A stretch of DNA of 42,885 nucleotides. Source: Spirochaetota bacterium. Lineage in GTDB: Bacteria; Spirochaetota; UBA4802; JAFGJZ01. The number at the start of each line of letters is the position of its first letter. Within the stretch, counting starts at the first letter, position 1. Where the stretch lies: positions 1 to 42,885 of the forward strand of contig DAOTGZ010000002.1 in NCBI GenBank assembly GCA_035447445.1. The letters are read 5' to 3'. This document shows positions 1 through 9,063 of this stretch, piece after piece. The notes below the pieces were generated by a model. It did no database searches. It was given only the letters and a program-made list of their open reading frames with translations, and was not told the DNA's origin. A program made the translations under genes and the position numbers.

Positions 1-478
1 TGAGTCTTTCAGTTTCCTTTTTGTTAAACGGAGGTTTGTAGTCAATAATGTAATAGTCTGATTGAAAAGTCGAGTCAAGATTGATTGATACTGGTTGGAA
101 AATAAGATCTATATTATACACAAATTCGTCCGTGGCAATATTTCCCGACAATCTTTCCATTTCTCCGAGTTTGGAGTGCCCGAGCAGAGTACCGTCTTTG
201 AGTGCGATAATAATATTTTTGTCTTGGTCTGTTGACTGCACGAGCAGGGTGTCTGCTATTTTTTTTATATCATTACTGGACTTATTGTTAATTGAGTTTA
301 AAATATAATTAATTTTTTTTTCGTTATCGGTTGCTGTTTTTCTTTCAATTGATTCTATCGCAAGACGTAAAGAATTAAGAAAATTTAGTTCATATATTTT
401 ATAAACGGATAAGCCTCCTATTAAAAAAATAAAAAGAAGGGTAGTTATTGCGATAAATAAAGATTTTGTTTTTTTCAT
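1..478 (-). CDS. membrane-anchored extracytoplasmic sensor-like protein, N-terminal part (gene runs off the left edge)
   Basis: My own translation of the minus strand from ATG at 478 to the window edge has no stop (MKKTKSLFIAITTLLFIFLIGGLSVYKIYEL...GHSKLGEMERLSGNIATDEF...). It has one N-terminal TM helix followed by a soluble, Cache-like looking region. It is absent from the ORF track because it is edge-truncated. Confidence 0.55.
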   Translation of the reverse strand, partial: MKKTKSLFIAITTLLFIFLIGGLSVYKIYELNFLNSLRLAIESIERKTATDNEKKINYILNSINNKSSNDIKKIADTLLVQSTDQDKNIIIALKDGTLLGHSKLGEMERLSGNIATDEFVYNIDLIFQPVSINLDSTFQSDYYIIDYKPPFNKKETERL

Positions 479-700
479 GACTGTTTCTTCTTTAATGGGA
501 TTACTGTATGTACTGTTAATAGTATCGGTCATTATAATTATTTACACAAGAAAAGTTATAATATTTCCTTATTGCCGAAAATTAAAAAAATTGATTTCTA
601 CTTTATATTATCAGGCCGTTCTTTTCTAGAATATATTACTATTTTACAGTTTCTTGCAACAAAAATAGTACTAAATCAGTAACGAAAGTTAATTTGTAGT

Positions 701-1228
701 TTAAAGAATTGATCCAAATTTCTGAGGAACGGTATCAGTATTAAAGTAGAACTCAGAGTTCTCTCTGTCGTATCTTATACCAATAGTATTGAAGAAATGC
801 CTTAATATGGTTATCGATGGAGAGAAAATACCGGGGTAAAATGATCCAGCGCTTAAAAAGACTATACCTGATCTTTCTGGGTTTTTTGAAAATTTCTTCC
901 AAAATAGAGGTTGTGTGCGGTCGATAAAAGCTTTCAGGTGAGAGGGGAGTGAACTGAAATATATGGGTGAACTTATAAAAATATTTTTACAATTTTCTAG
1001 AATTGGATAAAATTTCTGCATATCATCGTTTATTACGCATTTTCCAGAAGTGGCACACAAACCACAACCGTTACAGGGGGATATGTTGTATTGTGACAGA
1101 TTACAGTGTATAATATCAGGGGTCTCTTTATTTGCTAACGAATTAACATGGTTGTCCAGCAGTGATGAAGAAAAGGATGATTTGGCCGGACTTCCATAAA
1201 TTGCTAAGATTTTATTGTTCAGATTCAT
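701..1228 (-). CDS. iron-sulfur flavoprotein-like NADPH-dependent FMN reductase family protein
   Basis: 175-aa ORF with a flavodoxin-like start ([11 protein letters not shown]). It carries a compact Cys cluster [13 protein letters not shown] (CX2CX2CX5C) typical of Isf-type proteins. The ATG overlaps the upstream gene's stop by 17 nt. Confidence 0.7.
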   Translation of the reverse strand: MNLNNKILAIYGSPAKSSFSSSLLDNHVNSLANKETPDIIHCNLSQYNISPCNGCGLCATSGKCVINDDMQKFYPILENCKNIFISSPIYFSSLPSHLKAFIDRTQPLFWKKFSKNPERSGIVFLSAGSFYPGIFSPSITILRHFFNTIGIRYDRENSEFYFNTDTVPQKFGSIL

Positions 1229-2222
1229 CTTTTATACGAGCAAATATCATTCTTCCTGCAGTAGTCTGGAGAACAGAAGTAACCAGGACATCAACTTCTT
1301 CGTTCATATGACGGCGACCGTTTTCAACTACTATCATTGTTCCGTCATCAAGGTAGCCTATTGCCTGGTTTTGATCTTTGCCTTCCTTGATTAGCGCTAC
1401 ATGCATCTGTTCACCCGGCAAAACTATGGGTTTGAGAGAATTAGAGAGCTGGTTAATATTTAAAACGGAAACTCCGTGAAACTCGGCAACTTTGTTAAGA
1501 TTAAAATCGTTGGTAACAACCTTAGCTTTCATTACCTTGGCCAGTTTTACAAGTTTGGCATCAACTTCGTTAATATCGTAAAAATCCATGTCAGAAATCT
1601 TGACTTTGATTGAGTGGTCTTTTTGCATTTTATTTAAAATATCCAGCCCGCGTCTGCCGCGGTTGCGTTTGATGCTATCAGCAGAATCAGCAATCATTTG
1701 CAGTTCATTCAAAACAAAGTTTGGGATAACAAGGATGCCTTCAAGAAATCCTGTATCGCAGATGTCAGCAATACGTCCGTCAATAATAACGCTTGTATCG
1801 AGGATTTTGTATGATATTGCACCATCATCTTCGCCTGTTCCTGCTGGAATGATCTTGTCAAAGAAAGATATTTCTTCGTTATTTATTACAATAACCATCA
1901 TTATGAAAAATCCGATAATGTGATACAGGATAGTTTTAATAAAAGGAATGAATGTAAAGTACTCTTCAAGGTTAAGCATTGAGAGACCGTTAATAACCAG
2001 CAAAGAGATTGAAAAACCGGTCAAAAGGCCGGTTATCGCAGAAATTAAAGTTCTTGTACTACAAGTATGTGATACATACTCCATAAGTATCAGAAAAGGG
2101 ATAGACAAGATAAATCCGGCAGATCCTGCGATTATTGCATGTATTGCGGATGATGAGATGAGAAAAAGGGCTGGAATAGCCGTACTAAGTACTATGAACA
2201 ATAGGCGTAAAAAAAGTATCAT
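1212..2222 (-). CDS. PIN/TRAM domain membrane protein (YacL-like)
   Basis: 336-aa ORF with several N-terminal TM helices. These are followed by a PIN core ([12 protein letters not shown]...[11 protein letters not shown]...[11 protein letters not shown]) and a C-terminal TRAM-like beta domain ([17 protein letters not shown]). Confidence 0.8.
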   Translation of the reverse strand: MILFLRLLFIVLSTAIPALFLISSSAIHAIIAGSAGFILSIPFLILMEYVSHTCSTRTLISAITGLLTGFSISLLVINGLSMLNLEEYFTFIPFIKTILYHIIGFFIMMVIVINNEEISFFDKIIPAGTGEDDGAISYKILDTSVIIDGRIADICDTGFLEGILVIPNFVLNELQMIADSADSIKRNRGRRGLDILNKMQKDHSIKVKISDMDFYDINEVDAKLVKLAKVMKAKVVTNDFNLNKVAEFHGVSVLNINQLSNSLKPIVLPGEQMHVALIKEGKDQNQAIGYLDDGTMIVVENGRRHMNEEVDVLVTSVLQTTAGRMIFARIKDESEQ

Positions 2223-2300
2223 ATAATTGCTCCTGATTTAATAAATAGGTATAGTCAAATATTCTAAATTTCTTGGAAGTGACCGGAATTTTGATCAAAG

Positions 2301-2335
2301 CAAAAACATCGGTAATCTATTAGTGTCAGATTACC
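2301..2335 (-). terminator. putative rho-independent terminator downstream of the carD-like gene
   Basis: Perfect 8-bp inverted repeat GGTAATCT-N9-AGATTACC (2311-2335). Read on the minus strand it is followed by GATGTTTTTG. It lies about 110 nt past the carD-like stop. Confidence 0.5.
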
Positions 2336-2445
2336 TGATATTTTGCAATTATAAAAATTATAAGAAGAAGAAAGTTGGTGGTGTAGAAATAATCAGGCAG
2401 CTTTATGAGTTAACAGTTTAAAGGTTCAATGACTCAGGATGGTTT

Positions 2446-2928
2446 TTAACTGTCTGACAGTGCTTCAGAAACCAGATCACCCGCTTCTTCTATGTCTACA
2501 TTTTTTGTTAATGCAACTTCGTGCATAACCAGATTATAGGCGTTTTCATATAGTTTGCGTTCCATGATGGAAAGTTCTTTCTCGCGCCCTCTACGAAAAA
2601 GATCACGGGCGACTTCAGCTACCTGAAATATTGAACCGCTTTTTACTTTTTCAATATTGTTTTGGTATCGTAATTTCCAATCGTTTTCTTTTATTGTCTC
2701 ACCCGAGCTTAGATGGGATAGGGCTTTTTTTATCTCTGATTTGGAAATAATTTTGCGTAAACCTACCTCTTCAGCCTTATCGACAGGAATCATCACCTTC
2801 ATTCCGCTATTTATTATCTGTATGATATAGTATTTCGTTGTTTGACCTAACACTTCCTTATCTTCTATTTCATCTATAAGACCCACCCCGTGCATGGGGT
2901 ATACAACCTTTTCGCCTTTTTTGAACAT
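2446..2928 (-). CDS. carD: CarD-family (CdnL-like) RNA polymerase-binding transcription regulator
   Basis: 160-aa ORF with an N-terminal CarD/TRCF RNAP-interaction domain pattern ([21 protein letters not shown]...YYIIQI) and a helical C-terminal half. Confidence 0.85.
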   Translation of the reverse strand: MFKKGEKVVYPMHGVGLIDEIEDKEVLGQTTKYYIIQIINSGMKVMIPVDKAEEVGLRKIISKSEIKKALSHLSSGETIKENDWKLRYQNNIEKVKSGSIFQVAEVARDLFRRGREKELSIMERKLYENAYNLVMHEVALTKNVDIEEAGDLVSEALSDS

Positions 2929-3013
2929 TCAGTTCTCCCTCTGATAAACGGTATAAAAAAATTTAAGCGGGTAATGATGTAGCATTTTTGATTGAAATCC
3001 CGTTTGGTTAGCC

Positions 3014-3042
3014 ATTATAAAAAAAATGGGTTAAAAAATCAA
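3014..3042 (-). promoter_or_regulatory. sigma70-type promoter for the carD-like gene
   Basis: Minus strand reads TTGATT-17 nt-TATAAT (rc of 3037-3042 and 3014-3019), about 80 nt upstream of the ATG at 2928. Confidence 0.55.
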
Positions 3043-3107
3043 GATATTCATTGATGTTCATGCAAATAATTGATTAAAAATGTATAATATAATGAATTAT
3101 CTAAAAT

Positions 3108-5396
3108 CTATTCCTTGTAATCGTCAAAAATTGATTCCATTTTTACTCTTGCTCCACCACCGGAACCATGTGTTCCCTTGATATAGTAAAGCTCTCCGTT
3201 ACGATATACATTTTCGGGAGGGCCATCGAAAACAGGTTTAGGCATGCCGTTATAGACATCTTTCATGTATCTTGCCCAGATTGGAGCGGCAACAACTCCC
3301 CCTGCCTGATGTTTCCCTAGAGACAAAAATGGTTTATCATACCCCATCCATATTACAGTTACAATATCGGGAGTGAAACCGCAAAACCAAGCATCGGTCC
3401 AGTTGGAAGTCGTTCCCGTTTTTCCCGCAGCTGGAAGTGTAAATCTCTCTTCTTCGCGAATTTTTTTCCTAGCTGTTCCTTTATCAATAACTCCACGCAT
3501 AAGATCGGTCATTATGAATGCCACATCTTCAGAAACAACTTGCATCTGATTGTTGCGTTCTTTTATTGCCAAAAGATCGCCAATTTCCCTTTCAATGTTT
3601 GCTATTTCGTTACCGTCTTTATCCAGAACCAACCTGATACCGTGTGGTATCACATCGCGCCCCTTGTTTGCATAAATGGCGTATGCCCCGGCCATTTCAA
3701 ACGGGGTTAACTCAGAAGTTCCAAGAGACATCGTTGGGTTAGAGTTAAATCTGAAAGGAGGTACTTTTAAAATTCTGGACGAAAACTCAGTTATTTTTTC
3801 TGGACCAACCATATCATAGATTCGTACGGCAATAATGTTTATTGATTGAGCCAGTGCATGCTTAATATTTACAAGACCCGAGTAGGTGCCACCATAATTA
3901 CCAGGAGCCCATGTAGTGCCGTGAGAGTCGATGTTTACAAGAGGCGCATCTGATATTGTAGTTCCGCTGGTTATAATATGGGAATCGATACCGGCACCAT
4001 AGACAAAGGGTTTAAAGGAAGAACCTGGTTGTCTACGGGCAGAAACTGCTCTGTTAAGCTGATTATCTACATTAAAATCAGATCCCCCGACCATTGCGGA
4101 TATATAACCGGTGGAGGGCTCGATTGATACTAGAGCGCCTTCAACCTGCAGGTTAGTTACAACTCCTAAAGCTGTTGTACTTCTGAAGTTTTCTATAACT
4201 TCTTGATTTATTCGTGAATCGGTAAGCAGAGACAAAAGATCTGCCGCATCTGCAACTTCATCAAGTATAGCACGTCTGGTTCGTGATTCTATGTCGTGTT
4301 TAATAACAACTCCAGGAAGGCTAAAAATCATTCTCAATAGTCCGTATGTGCCGAATAGCCCTCGGTCGACGGATCCACGGGTGTAGGCGTTTAATGAGTC
4401 AGAAAGCTTGGTTTGTTCTTTTAGACCCTTTTTCATATGATATTCTGCGGATCGCTGTCTTCGAAGATCAAGAGTCGTATATACAATAAGCCCGTCATTG
4501 TAAACGGCATCTCTGCCAAAACGGTTTTCAAGAACTTGCCGGATAAAGGCTGTGAAGTGGGGAGCCTTGTCGGTATTTTTTGTATAAGCCGTTTTTGTCG
4601 GAAACTCTGTTTTCAGAGAATCAATAAAATCGGGCCAGAACTCCTTGTAAATTGTATCGGCCTGTTCTTTGGTAAGGTAGCCTTCCTGTACCATTCGGTT
4701 CAAGATATCACGGTTCTTTTCATACGCATTTCGCGGATTCATTAAAGGGGAGTATCGTCCAGGTGCAGAAGGGAGAGCCGCGATTACTGATGATTCAGCA
4801 GCGGTGAGGTATTTTACCTCTTTATCAAAAAATAGTCGGGCAGTTGTGGCGACACCATAGCATCCATGTCCGAGATAAATCTGATTAAAATACATTTCCA
4901 GAATTTCTTCTTTTGAAAATTTTCTTTCGATTTGAAGAGCAAGTATAGCTTCAAGGGCCTTGCGACCGTATGTCTTTTCACTCTCGGTAAACAACCGCTT
5001 CGCCAACTGTTGGGTTATAGTGGAACCACCCTGTACAATTTCCCCGGCTTGAATGTTTTTGATCATCGCGCGGATGATTGCACCAAAGTTGATTCCAAAA
5101 TGGTTATAAAAAGCCTGGTCTTCGGTAGCCAGAAGGGCGTTAATCAGTGTTTGTGGTATCTCGTCAAAACCAACGAGCTCCCGTTTTTCCATAAACAGTT
5201 CGGCGATTAATTCTCCGTTAACATCGTAAAGCCGTGTTGGCACAGAAAGCTGAAACTGTTTGATATTACTTATTCCGGTGAAATTTTTAATTTCAGACAT
5301 AATATATCCGAAAATAAGAGCACCTATAATAGAACCTAACATTAATAATGATATGATACATTTTCCGAAAATAGTGGTAGAACTTTCTTTTTCCAT
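3108..5396 (-). CDS. class A penicillin-binding protein (bifunctional transglycosylase/transpeptidase, PBP1A-like)
   Basis: 762-aa ORF with an N-terminal TM anchor. GT51 motifs are present (EDQAFYNHFGI, GGSTITQQLAK). Transpeptidase motifs are SxxK (SSFKP), SxN (SIN) and KTG (KTGTT). Confidence 0.93.
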   Translation of the reverse strand: MEKESSTTIFGKCIISLLMLGSIIGALIFGYIMSEIKNFTGISNIKQFQLSVPTRLYDVNGELIAELFMEKRELVGFDEIPQTLINALLATEDQAFYNHFGINFGAIIRAMIKNIQAGEIVQGGSTITQQLAKRLFTESEKTYGRKALEAILALQIERKFSKEEILEMYFNQIYLGHGCYGVATTARLFFDKEVKYLTAAESSVIAALPSAPGRYSPLMNPRNAYEKNRDILNRMVQEGYLTKEQADTIYKEFWPDFIDSLKTEFPTKTAYTKNTDKAPHFTAFIRQVLENRFGRDAVYNDGLIVYTTLDLRRQRSAEYHMKKGLKEQTKLSDSLNAYTRGSVDRGLFGTYGLLRMIFSLPGVVIKHDIESRTRRAILDEVADAADLLSLLTDSRINQEVIENFRSTTALGVVTNLQVEGALVSIEPSTGYISAMVGGSDFNVDNQLNRAVSARRQPGSSFKPFVYGAGIDSHIITSGTTISDAPLVNIDSHGTTWAPGNYGGTYSGLVNIKHALAQSINIIAVRIYDMVGPEKITEFSSRILKVPPFRFNSNPTMSLGTSELTPFEMAGAYAIYANKGRDVIPHGIRLVLDKDGNEIANIEREIGDLLAIKERNNQMQVVSEDVAFIMTDLMRGVIDKGTARKKIREEERFTLPAAGKTGTTSNWTDAWFCGFTPDIVTVIWMGYDKPFLSLGKHQAGGVVAAPIWARYMKDVYNGMPKPVFDGPPENVYRNGELYYIKGTHGSGGGARVKMESIFDDYKE

Positions 5397-5441
5397 TTTA
5401 TTTGTAATCCGTGTTAAATTTCTTTTTTAAAAATTATAAAA

Positions 5442-5645
5442 TTATTTTTTTATCATTTCACTAAGTTTCGCGATTGAGTATATGATTGCCGCAACGACTA
5501 GCGCGAAAATAAGCACAGTAATTATAATGCTTAAGAGCCATCCTGTTATTTTCAATAAAAGTGGAAGAATATAGCGAATTGCAATTATTATGGTTGCAAG
5601 TACGCCAATTGCATAAAAAAATTGGGTTAATGGTCCTTTCTTCAT
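5442..5645 (-). CDS. small two-TM membrane protein, unknown function
   Basis: 67-aa ORF that is strongly hydrophobic (two predicted helices) with an MKKG start, 45 nt upstream of the PBP gene. The overlapping alternative frame 5461..5655 looks non-protein-like. Confidence 0.45.
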   Translation of the reverse strand: MKKGPLTQFFYAIGVLATIIIAIRYILPLLLKITGWLLSIIITVLIFALVVAAIIYSIAKLSEMIKK

Positions 5646-5934
5646 AATTCCCCACAGGTTTTATAGAATATTGTTTTATGAGATATAGACATTATTCGAA
5701 AAATCCGGTTTATAGTATAAAATTTCTCTTAATATATAAAATACCTAATTTTAAAGAATAATTTGTTAGATATCTGTCAATAATAATACAGGATTAGCCA
5801 TTATCATGACATTTTGATACGTTGTTTGGTTAATTAGGGTCTAATTTGCGATTTCCTGAGGGCTTATTCGAGAATAATAAACCTTTTGGAGATTTGGTTT
5901 TCCAGTTTTTTCAAACCATTACGTCTATTCCCTA

Positions 5935-7065
5935 TTATTCTGCAGGTTTAGAGGTTGTTTCAACATAAAAATTCATTCGCCTGCCGTTTCTCCATATACT
6001 TATTTTAACTTTTTCTCCGGGATTGGAATCTTCGATAATTTTAACGAAATCGTCTATTGTTGATATTTTTTTTCCATTTGCAGAGTAAATTATATCAAGT
6101 GGACGTATACCGGCTATATGAGCAGGCCCTCCTTGCTGTACCTGGGCTACGATAATTCCAAATGAGTGACTCCAGCCAAGCTTGGAAGCGTACTCCTTTT
6201 CTATTGGAGTGAGAGCAATGCCTACAAATCCTTTCTGAACGTATTTTTTATCTTTCAGTTCTATCATAAGCTCTTTAATGCTATTCACGGGTATGGCAAA
6301 ACCGATTCCCATATATCCACCAGATTTTGAATAGATTAACCTGTTGATTCCGATAACTTCTCCATGAATATTTATGAGTGGGCCACCTGAGTTACCTGGA
6401 TTGATTGCGGCGTCAGTCTGAATGAAAGAGGAGTTATCACTCATGTCTATGTTTTTGCGTCCAGTTGCACTCACAACCCCAACTGTAAAAGATTTTGAGA
6501 GACCGAAAGGGTTTCCGATTGCGATTGCCCAATCTCCGACCAGAACAGTGTCTGAATCACCAAAAAATACAGGATTAAGAGGCTCTTTGGGTTCTATTTT
6601 TAGAATTGTTATATCTTTTTCAATACTGAATCCTCTTACTTCAGCTTCGTATGTATCATTTTCAATAATAACAGTGATTTTTTCAACCACTCTGTTTTGG
6701 GGAGCTATTACGTGAAAGTTTGTACATATGAAACCGTCTTCAGAAATAATAAAACCTGAGCCAAGACCGGTCTGTTTCTGAATACGTGGAATTCCGAACA
6801 ATTCATAAAATGGGTGACTGGGGAGTGTTACATGGTCTTCAGTTGAAATAAATACAATTCTGTTCTCGTAAAGATTGTAAATTTTTTGAAATGATTTTTG
6901 AATATCCCATGCTTTTCGTATTTCAGAGTCATTGCGTAACGGCGATTTGCGGTCTAACCCTATTAATCCATTTTCCGGATCTGGTTCTTTACAGGAGAAG
7001 TATATAACCGCCGCAATCAATAGTATCAGTGCAACAGGTATTGCAATAAGCTTACGCTTCATCAT
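5935..7065 (-). CDS. htrA: HtrA/DegP-family periplasmic serine protease with one PDZ domain
   Basis: 376-aa ORF with an N-terminal anchor/signal. The trypsin-like core has His (CTNFHV) and the catalytic Ser motif GNSGGPL. The C-terminal PDZ includes GFVGIAL...GGPA..AGI...D.I...NG. Confidence 0.9.
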   Translation of the reverse strand: MMKRKLIAIPVALILLIAAVIYFSCKEPDPENGLIGLDRKSPLRNDSEIRKAWDIQKSFQKIYNLYENRIVFISTEDHVTLPSHPFYELFGIPRIQKQTGLGSGFIISEDGFICTNFHVIAPQNRVVEKITVIIENDTYEAEVRGFSIEKDITILKIEPKEPLNPVFFGDSDTVLVGDWAIAIGNPFGLSKSFTVGVVSATGRKNIDMSDNSSFIQTDAAINPGNSGGPLINIHGEVIGINRLIYSKSGGYMGIGFAIPVNSIKELMIELKDKKYVQKGFVGIALTPIEKEYASKLGWSHSFGIIVAQVQQGGPAHIAGIRPLDIIYSANGKKISTIDDFVKIIEDSNPGEKVKISIWRNGRRMNFYVETTSKPAE

Positions 7066-7120
7066 TATCCCTTGTTTTTAATTGTTTGGTACAGTTGGAA
7101 TTGGCTAATATTATAGCCAA

Positions 7121-7151
7121 GCATAATCAGAACTTTAAAGTCTGATTATGC
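7121..7151 (-). promoter_or_regulatory. 11-bp-stem hairpin straddling the stop codon of the 7135..7794 gene
   Basis: GCATAATCAGA-N9-TCTGATTATGC is a perfect inverted repeat. The stop codon (rc of 7135-7137) sits in the loop. No U-tract follows on the minus strand, so it is not a canonical terminator. Confidence 0.5.
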
Positions 7152-7794
7152 TTTTTGATGATATCAGGGCGTTTGAAAGTTTCTGTACAAAGCGGTCATA
7201 AGAAATTGCTGATGCTCTTTTATGCATAACTTTACAGTCAATTTGTGAGTAACCGTTTGATTTTAGATCCTCTCCAACAGCAAGAATATGGGAATCAAGG
7301 TAGGAGAAGAGTGTTCTCTCCAATGGATTTGTGCTTGTATCTGTTGTGATATTTATTATCTTCCCTTTGCCCTGTGCAACCATCAATTCTAGAAAATATT
7401 TAACTGTAAGTACCGTGTTTGTTACGTAAAAATTGGTTATTTCCTCAATTGAATCCTTGTTACTGTTTAAAAGGGGCATACTGCCTTCTTCAAAATTTTC
7501 AAATTCGGGTTTGAAGCTTATTATCAAATAGTCGGGAGTATCGCCGTTTTTTAAAATTCTTGTAAGATTTTTAATGTATTTTTCAGTATCGTTAAATTGA
7601 ACATGATGGGCGTACGACGTAGCTCGCATATTACCGAGTTCGCGATCAATACTCGTAATTGCCTCTTTTTTATTGCTTATAAAAATGGATTTGCAACGTT
7701 GCAGCGCAAAAAAACGCGAAATGTGTTTGAAATACTCATAATTGTTTCCAAGATAATACACATTTTTATTGATTAAGTGGTCGATAGTTTTCAT
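7135..7794 (-). CDS. hypothetical protein with a degenerate short-chain dehydrogenase (Rossmann) fold pattern
   Basis: 219-aa ORF whose strand/helix pattern tracks an SDR (..DYLIISF.., ..GKGKIINITTDTS.., ..FSYLDSH..). The TGxxxGxG loop reads LGNNYEY, and YxxxK reads YLDSH. Confidence 0.4.
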   Translation of the reverse strand: MKTIDHLINKNVYYLGNNYEYFKHISRFFALQRCKSIFISNKKEAITSIDRELGNMRATSYAHHVQFNDTEKYIKNLTRILKNGDTPDYLIISFKPEFENFEEGSMPLLNSNKDSIEEITNFYVTNTVLTVKYFLELMVAQGKGKIINITTDTSTNPLERTLFSYLDSHILAVGEDLKSNGYSQIDCKVMHKRASAISYDRFVQKLSNALISSKSIIRL

Positions 7795-7825
7795 TTTTTA
7801 AGAACTCTCCAATTTTGTCATTTTA

Positions 7826-8029
7826 CTAATCCGCGAACGCACCATATTCAGATTTGCGAGCATGCAGTCTCTCTTTGGTTATCTGGTCGCGAAATATATA
7901 GTAGTAGTTGTTTGAATTATCCGCGTTTATCTGATTTATGTTGACTCGGTTTTCATATGACTTATTTGAACAGCCGTAAATCAAAAAACAGAGCGAGATA
8001 AATAACATAATTTTGAAAATAATTTTCAT
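7826..8029 (-). CDS. small lipoprotein, unknown function
   Basis: 67-aa ORF with a signal peptide and lipobox (MLFISLCFLIYG-C-SNKS). Confidence 0.5.
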   Translation of the reverse strand: MKIIFKIMLFISLCFLIYGCSNKSYENRVNINQINADNSNNYYYIFRDQITKERLHARKSEYGAFAD

Positions 8030-8421
8030 GATTTTAGTATAAAAATCAATAATGAATTATCAAGGATTTTTTATTTATATTTTTGGTTATTTATAAAAAG
8101 TGTGCTTTCTGGGTTTTAAAATTATAATTTATGAGTTGTTTCTGTTTTTTTGAGAGAAAACCACGACTGCTTTTTTTATTGCTTTTTATATTATTGTTGT
8201 TTAGTTCTTGATAAAAACAGTAATAATGGCCTTATTGGGTCTAACAATAGGGAACTTCGAAAAATTACAATGTTCCAGAGGGCAGCATGGTTTAGGTGCC
8301 TATTCTAAAGGAATTTTTCGTATTACCCGTGGGATTGTTCTGACAAGAATAACCTACAAGGGAAAGTTCCTTGTTGAAAAGTTAATAATTAGAAGTTACC
8401 AATAGTAATCAGGGGTAAGCA

Positions 8422-9012
8422 ATGAAAGTTGTTCATGTCTTAAAACGTATTGAAACGATTGATCAGGACATCAAAGAATTGAAGAAACTGGAAAAATCGA
8501 TCGCATCAAATAAATCTTTTTCAACGCCTATTTTCATCTCGATTGAGCAGCAGATTAACCTTTTGCTGGACGAACGAATAAAACTCTTTGGTTTGGAGCT
8601 TGCTAATCCCCCTCAATCTCTACTGGATGCTGTTGGAGAAGAAGAGGAAGAGTTCAAACCTCTATTAAATACCAAAACCACCAAGAAGAGCGCCAAAAAA
8701 AGCAGTAAAAAGTCTTCATCTGCGCCTAAAAAGAACAAACAGCAACCAAAGGAATCTACAGATGACGAAGATGATGATTTGCCAATGAGGATGTTGACTC
8801 AGGAGCAGATTGATGCTAAAATTGATATTATGTCTTCAGTCGAAGAAGAAAAGCCAGGATTGGGCCTTGACAAGGATAAGCTCAACGATGATTCGGTGAA
8901 ATTGCTCGATATCGCCCTTGACAAGGGACGGTCTAGCGACGAAAATGTTCTCCCAAAAGAAAAAAAGAGGGTTCGGTTTTTTAAGGATAATTTTCCGGGC
9001 GGCCACTACTGA
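8422..9012 (+). CDS. hypothetical protein with a coiled-coil N-terminus and a highly charged low-complexity centre
   Basis: 196-aa ORF with GGGGTAAGCA upstream of the ATG. It contains E-rich, K/S-rich (TKKSAKKSSKKSSSAPKK) and D-rich tracts. I recognise no family. Confidence 0.6.
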   Translation: MKVVHVLKRIETIDQDIKELKKLEKSIASNKSFSTPIFISIEQQINLLLDERIKLFGLELANPPQSLLDAVGEEEEEFKPLLNTKTTKKSAKKSSKKSSSAPKKNKQQPKESTDDEDDDLPMRMLTQEQIDAKIDIMSSVEEEKPGLGLDKDKLNDDSVKLLDIALDKGRSSDENVLPKEKKRVRFFKDNFPGGHY

Positions 9013-9063
9013 GAGTTTCGGGTCGCGTCATATATAATAAGCCTCACGATATAAAGGTTGCCG

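Noticed and set aside
81-308. 75-aa plus-strand ORF from the track
   Set aside because: It lies entirely antisense to the longer edge-truncated minus-strand gene (1..478). It has a TTG start, no SD and a low-complexity translation.
5461-5655. Alternative 64-aa frame overlapping the small membrane protein gene
   Set aside because: It is Cys/Asn/Arg-rich with no structure. The 5442..5645 frame gives a clean two-helix membrane protein.
8355-8375. GGGAAAGTTCC, reminiscent of the RNase P RNA GGAAAGTCC box
   Set aside because: It is an inexact match, the surrounding 390 nt lack the other conserved RNase P blocks, and the space is too small.
8208-8405. 65-aa plus-strand ORF in the long divergent spacer
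   Set aside because: It has a TTG start, no ribosome-binding site and no recognisable protein features. The region is treated instead as a possible non-coding leader.
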